A stretch of DNA of 64,000 nt from contig JBDKKW010000002.1 of NCBI GenBank assembly GCA_039795895.1, positions 7,347 to 71,346 on the forward strand. The letters are read 5' to 3'. Below are positions 58,618 to 64,000 of the stretch, one piece after another. Source of the stretch: Candidatus Parcubacteria bacterium (GTDB lineage Bacteria; Patescibacteriota; Minisyncoccia; Phycocordibacterales; JBAYGS01). The position numbers and the translations under genes are program-made. The notes below the pieces were generated by a model. It saw only the letters and a program-made list of their open reading frames with translations. It ran no database searches and was not told the origin of the DNA. Each line of letters opens with the position of its first letter. Position 1 is the stretch's first letter.

Positions 58618-59175
58618 ATGGACATAGCACCCAACACCTCACCACAAGCAGTACTCAAGCGTCTTATCGCTGGGGATCCAAAAGCATTTGAGGAAATACT
58701 CACTCAGTATGAAAAACCCATATTCAACCACCTCTTAAGACTTACCCAAGACTACGACGATGCGTCAGAATTACTACAGACTACGTTTATAAAAGTTTAT
58801 ACCAAACGATCTCACATTGATCCTGCGGGATCATTTAAAAATTGGCTCTACAAAATCGCCACCAATGTTGCCTATGATTTTTTTCGTAAAAAGAAACGAG
58901 AACAGCTGGTCTTTCTCGATGACGAATCTGTGTTTGAAACAATTGAGGGTGATACAGCGTACTCTACTATAGACACTGAAATCGCAGTGCACGACCTCAA
59001 AGAAGCCTTGGTCAAAATACGCCCCCACCACCGCACCATACTACTTTTGTACTACAAAGAAGAACTATCGTACGCTGAAATTGCAGACATCCTAGGGCTT
59101 CCAATCAATACCGTCAAAACCCACTTAAGACGCGCAAAAATCGAACTCGAAACTTTTCTAAAAAACAATGACTAA
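58618..59175 (+). CDS. ECF sigma-70 factor
   Basis: FKNWLYKIATN; LSYAEIADILGLPINTVKTHLRRA. Confidence 0.93.
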   Translation: MDIAPNTSPQAVLKRLIAGDPKAFEEILTQYEKPIFNHLLRLTQDYDDASELLQTTFIKVYTKRSHIDPAGSFKNWLYKIATNVAYDFFRKKKREQLVFLDDESVFETIEGDTAYSTIDTEIAVHDLKEALVKIRPHHRTILLLYYKEELSYAEIADILGLPINTVKTHLRRAKIELETFLKNND

Positions 59176-59563
59176 TTATCTACACAACGCATTCAAAAAA
59201 CTCCCCGATACTGCCGTACCGACAGCACTGCACAACGCAACATATCGCGCGGTTATGTTCTTGAAGTATCGACGGTACCTCAAGATCGCCATTGCACTTA
59301 CTGCAGTCACTTTTCTCTTTTCAATCTGGCACGTCTATACCAAACTGATCGAGACCGATGCACTCTCGGTGATACAGGCGATTGCAAACACAATCGATCT
59401 CACCTTTGATTCAATATACGACTCATTCTCGACCGCTTTTGAATTTCTACCGATACAAGCACTCATCCTCTCCACTCTAAACCTGCTCGCGCTCATCTGT
59501 GCCATCTTTTTTGCACAAACGTTTACCCGATTTCAACAGCAGTCTGAAATGAGATTAAAATAG
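59168..59563 (+). CDS. Membrane protein, putative anti-sigma factor
   Basis: Overlaps the sigma gene; two TMs. Confidence 0.65.
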   Translation: MTNYLHNAFKKLPDTAVPTALHNATYRAVMFLKYRRYLKIAIALTAVTFLFSIWHVYTKLIETDALSVIQAIANTIDLTFDSIYDSFSTAFEFLPIQALILSTLNLLALICAIFFAQTFTRFQQQSEMRLK

Positions 59564-59570
59564 GCGAAGA

Positions 59571-59612
59571 AAAAAGCCCGGCTTGGGATAGTAATCCCAA
59601 GCCGGGCTTTTT
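59571..59612. terminator. Bidirectional terminator-like palindrome, twin of 61980-62020
   Basis: AAAAAGCCCGGCTTGGGAT-AGTA-ATCCCAAGCCGGGCTTTTT. Confidence 0.8.
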
Positions 59613-59668
59613 TGACAATACAACATTCATTGTGCTATGGTTGTTTTAGAAAAAAGCTCCTTACACCT

Positions 59669-60304
59669 ATGCATACCCCTGAATCACCCACCCAAGTACT
59701 TGTTGTTTTTTCTGATGACAATACTCACGAGCGTGTACGTGTAGCCTTGGAAAGGCACCAACGCACGAGAACCTACACATATCTTTTGATGCGTCATCTG
59801 GATGACGTACAAAAACACCTCGCCACGACACCTGCACGACAACTTTTTATCGCCGAGTGGTATCCCGGCTCGGACAGAGACGCAACAAGGATTTTAAAAG
59901 AATTGCGAAAGAAAAATTCACTCCTTGTCTGCGTCACAACCACCATCAAGGAGGGCGCTTCGCACACTAATATCCCCCAATTACTCCAAGCCATCGAGGA
60001 TTTCTTGGATCAGAAGCTTGATCGACAACCAGTGCTCACAAAAACACAGGTGATGTTTGGCGACGTGCTTCCCGGGGAAAAATTTGAATCTTGGAAAACC
60101 AAGCGGGGTTTTATCGGTCTCAAGATTCTCCCCACGACCATAGTGGTCCCTAAGCCCAATCGATGGGGTCCAACAACCGCCTCGAACCACAGTGTTAATG
60201 CGGTTATTCTTACGGATTTGAATGATGTTCCCGCATCAGACGCAGGTGCTCTTATACAATGCTCATTGACCGACATGGTCTTGGTATCCCGCCCTGCAAA
60301 ATAA
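59669..60304 (+). CDS. Hypothetical protein with degenerate receiver-like N-terminus
   Basis: VLVVFSDD...LFIAEW...ILKELRKKN pattern. Confidence 0.55.
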   Translation: MHTPESPTQVLVVFSDDNTHERVRVALERHQRTRTYTYLLMRHLDDVQKHLATTPARQLFIAEWYPGSDRDATRILKELRKKNSLLVCVTTTIKEGASHTNIPQLLQAIEDFLDQKLDRQPVLTKTQVMFGDVLPGEKFESWKTKRGFIGLKILPTTIVVPKPNRWGPTTASNHSVNAVILTDLNDVPASDAGALIQCSLTDMVLVSRPAK

Positions 60305-60500
60305 ACACAACGAACCCGCCGATATACTCGGCGGGTTTTCTTTTACAGCAAACAATTATCAATTTATACCGCTTAATCAGCTTATTTGACACACCCACAG
60401 TCATCTGCTACCATCCCTTCCGGAACGAAAGAGGTTCTAAGACCTCTTTCGTTTTTTGTGTCTAATAGTTGGCATAAAAAACAGTACACCAAAAAACAAA

Positions 60501-61322
60501 ATGAAATCAGTGATCCGAACCCTCCTCGTCCTCATCGCCTACACCCTTTTTACTTTGAGTAAACAGGAGTGTTATGCTCAACCCGTGCCTCCCATCGACA
60601 GCTACTCTGGGGTTTCGTATCCCCTCAGTACCAGTGAATGGTTGTCCACGGACTTACCAGGTTCGTACTACCCGTGGACCACATCGGCTAATGGTCCCAT
60701 TAGTGGCAAAACCTACGCAACAAGTGGATACATACCGAACGCATATCAAAACGGACGTTCGCTTCTGAGGCTAATCCTACCAAATCCTTCACTCAGAGGA
60801 TATCCAGTTGGCTACGAACTTGATTTTTGGTATTGCATCGGTACTGTAAACCCGGGGAGTACATACACATTCAGCGTGAATGGACTCCAAAAGATGAGCT
60901 TTCCAACCACTGACGTCAATTGGCATCATACAAACATAGTTATGACACCCTTTTACGGTGGATCACCCACGATTGAGTTCCAGTGGTATGTTGGTCATGG
61001 GTCAGGTGTTTATTCGCCATCAATGTCCATCGATGCAGTTAAATTCTATTACTATTTGCCCGACCCGGGGGCGAACGACCTCAAAGTCGTGAGCACGAAT
61101 AGTAATCAAATCTTAATCAGTTGGCCGACGAATACGTATCCAACTTATATGTATGGTGGGTATTACGATCTATACTCGAATACCAACAACTTGGCGAAGA
61201 CTGGGTGGGTCAAGGTGACTAACAATATCACTCTTGGATCCAACGGTTTCGTGACCGCCACGATTACAAACTCTGGCTCGGCTCAGAGCGCACTGGTTTA
61301 TCGGCTTTCCACACAGCCATAG
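60501..61322 (+). CDS. Secreted beta-rich protein with ISWP...YRL C-terminal module
   Basis: Signal peptide; C-terminal NQILISWPTN..YDLYSNTNNL..W..V...LVYRL. Confidence 0.75.
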   Translation: MKSVIRTLLVLIAYTLFTLSKQECYAQPVPPIDSYSGVSYPLSTSEWLSTDLPGSYYPWTTSANGPISGKTYATSGYIPNAYQNGRSLLRLILPNPSLRGYPVGYELDFWYCIGTVNPGSTYTFSVNGLQKMSFPTTDVNWHHTNIVMTPFYGGSPTIEFQWYVGHGSGVYSPSMSIDAVKFYYYLPDPGANDLKVVSTNSNQILISWPTNTYPTYMYGGYYDLYSNTNNLAKTGWVKVTNNITLGSNGFVTATITNSGSAQSALVYRLSTQP

Positions 61323-61388
61323 TAAATTTATGCAACCGTACAAACACTGTTTGTGCGGTTTTTATATACCTCATGCTAGAATTATATT

Positions 61389-61958
61389 ATGAAAGAAATT
61401 CTTGCTGTCGTTGCATCAATCATTGCCATTTTTGGAAACATTCCTTATTTGAAAGATGTTATTTCCAAAAGAGTACAGCCCCATCCGTACACATGGTTCG
61501 TCTGGACACTCGTCTCGGCCATCGCCTTTTTTGGTCAACTTGCAAAGGGGGCTGGTATCGGAGCACTCCCCACGGCGTCAGCCGAACTATTTACTGTCAT
61601 TATTTTTTTCTTTTCTCTTCGATATGGATTTAAACACATCAACAGAACAGATACATATTTTTTGATTATCGCACTACTCAGTCTCATCCCATGGATACTC
61701 ACCAAAGATCCCACTTTCTCGGTGGTAATTGTGGTCGGAATTGATCTTATTGCCTTTATCCCAACTCTTCGAAAGACTTGGCTAATTCCACATTCAGAGA
61801 CACCGACACTCTACCGTATGAATGTTCTGAGACACATCCTTACATTGTTTTCTTTGCAGGCATACAATATTGCCACCACCATACACTCAATCGCAATGAT
61901 CATCACCAACACTCTCATGACCAGCATCATTACTCTCAAAAAGCCAAAAAAGATTTAG
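61389..61958 (+). CDS. Multi-pass membrane protein (PQ-loop-like duplication)
   Basis: IPYLKD..PH..TW and IPTLRKTW..P.SE repeats. Confidence 0.75.
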   Translation: MKEILAVVASIIAIFGNIPYLKDVISKRVQPHPYTWFVWTLVSAIAFFGQLAKGAGIGALPTASAELFTVIIFFFSLRYGFKHINRTDTYFLIIALLSLIPWILTKDPTFSVVIVVGIDLIAFIPTLRKTWLIPHSETPTLYRMNVLRHILTLFSLQAYNIATTIHSIAMIITNTLMTSIITLKKPKKI

Positions 61959-61979
61959 CCGACTATAACGAACCAGAAG

Positions 61980-62020
61980 AAAAAGCCCGACTTGGGATTA
62001 CTATCCCAAGTCGGGCTTTT
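61980..62020. terminator. Bidirectional terminator between convergent genes, twin of 59571-59612
   Basis: AAAAAGCCCGACTTGGGAT-TACT-ATCCCAAGTCGGGCTTTT. Confidence 0.8.
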
Positions 62021-62022
62021 GA

Positions 62023-62592
62023 CTACCCTACCACCCGTTTCAAAATCTCCTCTCTCCCCTCTTTGGTTTTTGCAGAACACACAATCATGTCGACTCCTTC
62101 GGGGACTTGTAGAGCAATGCGTTTGATTTGCTCGTGTCGCTCGCGCTGATTGAGTTTGTCTGATTTATTGAGGACTACCAGAGTATCGTTGTTACTCTCA
62201 GAAAGGATCCGGAGCATTTCAAGATCCATGTCGCTTGGACCGACTTTGATATCGAGCACCAGCACCACCGTCCGATCATACACTTCTTCAAGCAAAAACC
62301 ACTGGATCATTTTGGCGAGCTGTTCTCGACGATCGAGTGACATCTTGGCAAAACCGTAGCCAGGAAGATCGACAAAATAAAACGAGTTGTTTACCAAGAA
62401 GAAATTGATTTCTTGGGTCTTGCCCGGAGTTTTGCCTGAGCGTACCAAATCGGTGCGATTGAGTAAGCAATTCATCAAGCTGGACTTACCCGCATTTGAA
62501 CGGCCTACAAAAGCCACCTGACGCTTTCGCTCAGTAATGATCGGGTCCGTCCCGCGGATACTCTTGGTGAATTCAGCAGTCTTAATTTCCAT
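62023..62592 (-). CDS. engB: Ribosome biogenesis GTPase EngB/YsxC
   Basis: GRSNAGKSS, PGKT, DLPGYG, NKSD. Confidence 0.96.
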   Translation of the reverse strand: MEIKTAEFTKSIRGTDPIITERKRQVAFVGRSNAGKSSLMNCLLNRTDLVRSGKTPGKTQEINFFLVNNSFYFVDLPGYGFAKMSLDRREQLAKMIQWFLLEEVYDRTVVLVLDIKVGPSDMDLEMLRILSESNNDTLVVLNKSDKLNQRERHEQIKRIALQVPEGVDMIVCSAKTKEGREEILKRVVG

Positions 62593-62741
62593 ATCAAACC
62601 ATCGTATAGGAAAGTGTGTCATTTGTCATTAGACAACACCAAGAAATCCTACCTAAACCCAAAACCAAAGTCTTGCTTTTTTATATAAAATCAGTAGATT
62701 GCATAGTGGAAACATGGTTCATTCTCAAATGCACAAGTCCT

Positions 62742-63041
62742 ATGGAAACTCATCCTCACTGCAAACCCGGTGAAATCTTCATTGGCTACCACAGCCATTC
62801 ACTCATGCGTGCAAGCGTCCTCCCAGGGATACGCCAACGCACGGAATCCGGCGAAAACGTCCCGATGTGTGGGGCATCCGACAGCAACTACTCACACAAA
62901 CTGGCAACCTTCGCACCGATCGGGATCGTCCGCGAACTCCAAGAGCGAGCTCTCGAAGCTGGCGGCTCCTTGTTTGATACTGATGCCATTACCGATCCGA
63001 GTACGATTGCAGCCAACAATCTACTGAAGAAACTGAAGTGA
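62742..63041 (+). CDS. Hypothetical protein
   Basis: 99-aa ORF with terminator at ~63057-63095. Confidence 0.55.
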   Translation: METHPHCKPGEIFIGYHSHSLMRASVLPGIRQRTESGENVPMCGASDSNYSHKLATFAPIGIVRELQERALEAGGSLFDTDAITDPSTIAANNLLKKLK

Positions 63042-63138
63042 TCTGTCTTGGCTTTTGCCCCGCGCCTTTTCCGAAAGGCGCGGGGCTTCTTCTTTTCCAT
63101 ACTTTATACTTCACACTTTTTCCTATATACTTTCCGCT

Positions 63139-63744
63139 ATGCCTCTCATCAACCCCGGCTTCGGTCAAAAAAGACAGTCGAGCGACAAATCTCGCATCCC
63201 TCCAGGCCAATACGAGACTCGCGACTTTCCCGTCCTCTCCCTCGGTCCCACTCCACATATCGCACTCGAACATTTTATGCTTCGTGTCACTGGTTTGGTA
63301 GAAAAACCTCAAAAATGGAATTGGAACGAGCTGGTGAAATTACCTCACGAAGATATTGTCAGAGACATCCACTGCGTCACCAAATGGAGCAAACTCGACT
63401 CACGCTGGAGTGGCGTATCACTCGACTATATTATGCAAGTAGCTGGCGTCTCTCCCGATGCTAATTTCCTGATTGCTCACAGCGATGACGGCTACACCAC
63501 AAACATCCCGCTCGACGATATTCGCGGTGGCAAGGCGTGGGTAGCCACCTCCTACGACGACAGCGCTATCCCCGACGAGCATGGCGGTCCGGTCCGTCTC
63601 ATCATTCCCCACCTCTACTTTTGGAAAAGTGCTAAGTGGCTTTCCAAGCTCGAATTCGTGGCCGATGATGCACCTGGATTCTGGGAAGTTCGTGGCTACC
63701 ACAATCACGGTGACCCTTGGAAAGAAGAGCGCTACTCTGAGTAA
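63139..63744 (+). CDS. Sulfite oxidase-like molybdopterin-binding oxidoreductase
   Basis: RIPPGQ, DIHCVTKWS, EHGGPVRL, KSAKW, GFWE.RGYH. Confidence 0.92.
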   Translation: MPLINPGFGQKRQSSDKSRIPPGQYETRDFPVLSLGPTPHIALEHFMLRVTGLVEKPQKWNWNELVKLPHEDIVRDIHCVTKWSKLDSRWSGVSLDYIMQVAGVSPDANFLIAHSDDGYTTNIPLDDIRGGKAWVATSYDDSAIPDEHGGPVRLIIPHLYFWKSAKWLSKLEFVADDAPGFWEVRGYHNHGDPWKEERYSE

Positions 63745-64000
63745 TTTTGCATCCAAGAGTTTACTGTAGTAGACTGGGTGACAGAATCGCAACCCGCTCT
63801 TTATTATGAATGAATCCCGATTTGAATGCCCAGATTGTGCAGTTCAATACGACGTCTTCGTACACCCCGCACTAGTCGGACAAAGTCCGGAAACCATAGC
63901 GTTTGACCGCGAAGTCGATGAAAAGCTCGCAGGTATGTTGCTCCAACATTACCTACACGAGAAAGCCCGAGCAAAACAGCAAGAGCCTTTTCGTGCAAAA

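Noticed and set aside
1-64000. CRISPR array
   Set aside because: No regularly spaced repeat-spacer series or cas genes were seen; the repeats are dispersed palindromes.
63804-64000. Partial minus-strand ORF at window end
   Set aside because: Truncated and without recognisable motifs; cannot be called.

Overview
This bacterial chromosome segment looks like Patescibacteria/CPR (Parcubacteria-like). That call is an inference from the class I LysRS, short ProRS, HTH-fused MurA, two mreB genes and many ORFans. The housekeeping backbone includes rsmH (partial), mraZ, lysS, greA, mrdA-mreD-mreC-mreB, proS, rseP, frr, zwf, ddl, uvrC, uvrA, murA, priA, def, fmt, a cyclophilin, hpf and engB. It is interspersed with many self-contained single-gene cassettes. 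Main accessory features: (1) a retron-like locus next to tRNA-Ala, made of a ~460-nt msr/msd-like RNA, a small protein, an XRE HTH and an RT with non-canonical motifs (type VI-like); (2) a ~480-nt, heavily base-paired transcription unit beside uvrA with its own promoter and terminator, which I cannot assign to a known RNA family; (3) a ~10.9-kb serine-recombinase island in the 3' end of tRNA-Asn, where integration appears to swap the recombinase C-terminus; (4) several families of ~120-bp palindromic elements with co-varying stems, one family sitting at stop codons. All calls were made by eye from the sequence and ORF track. No searches or folding programs were run.
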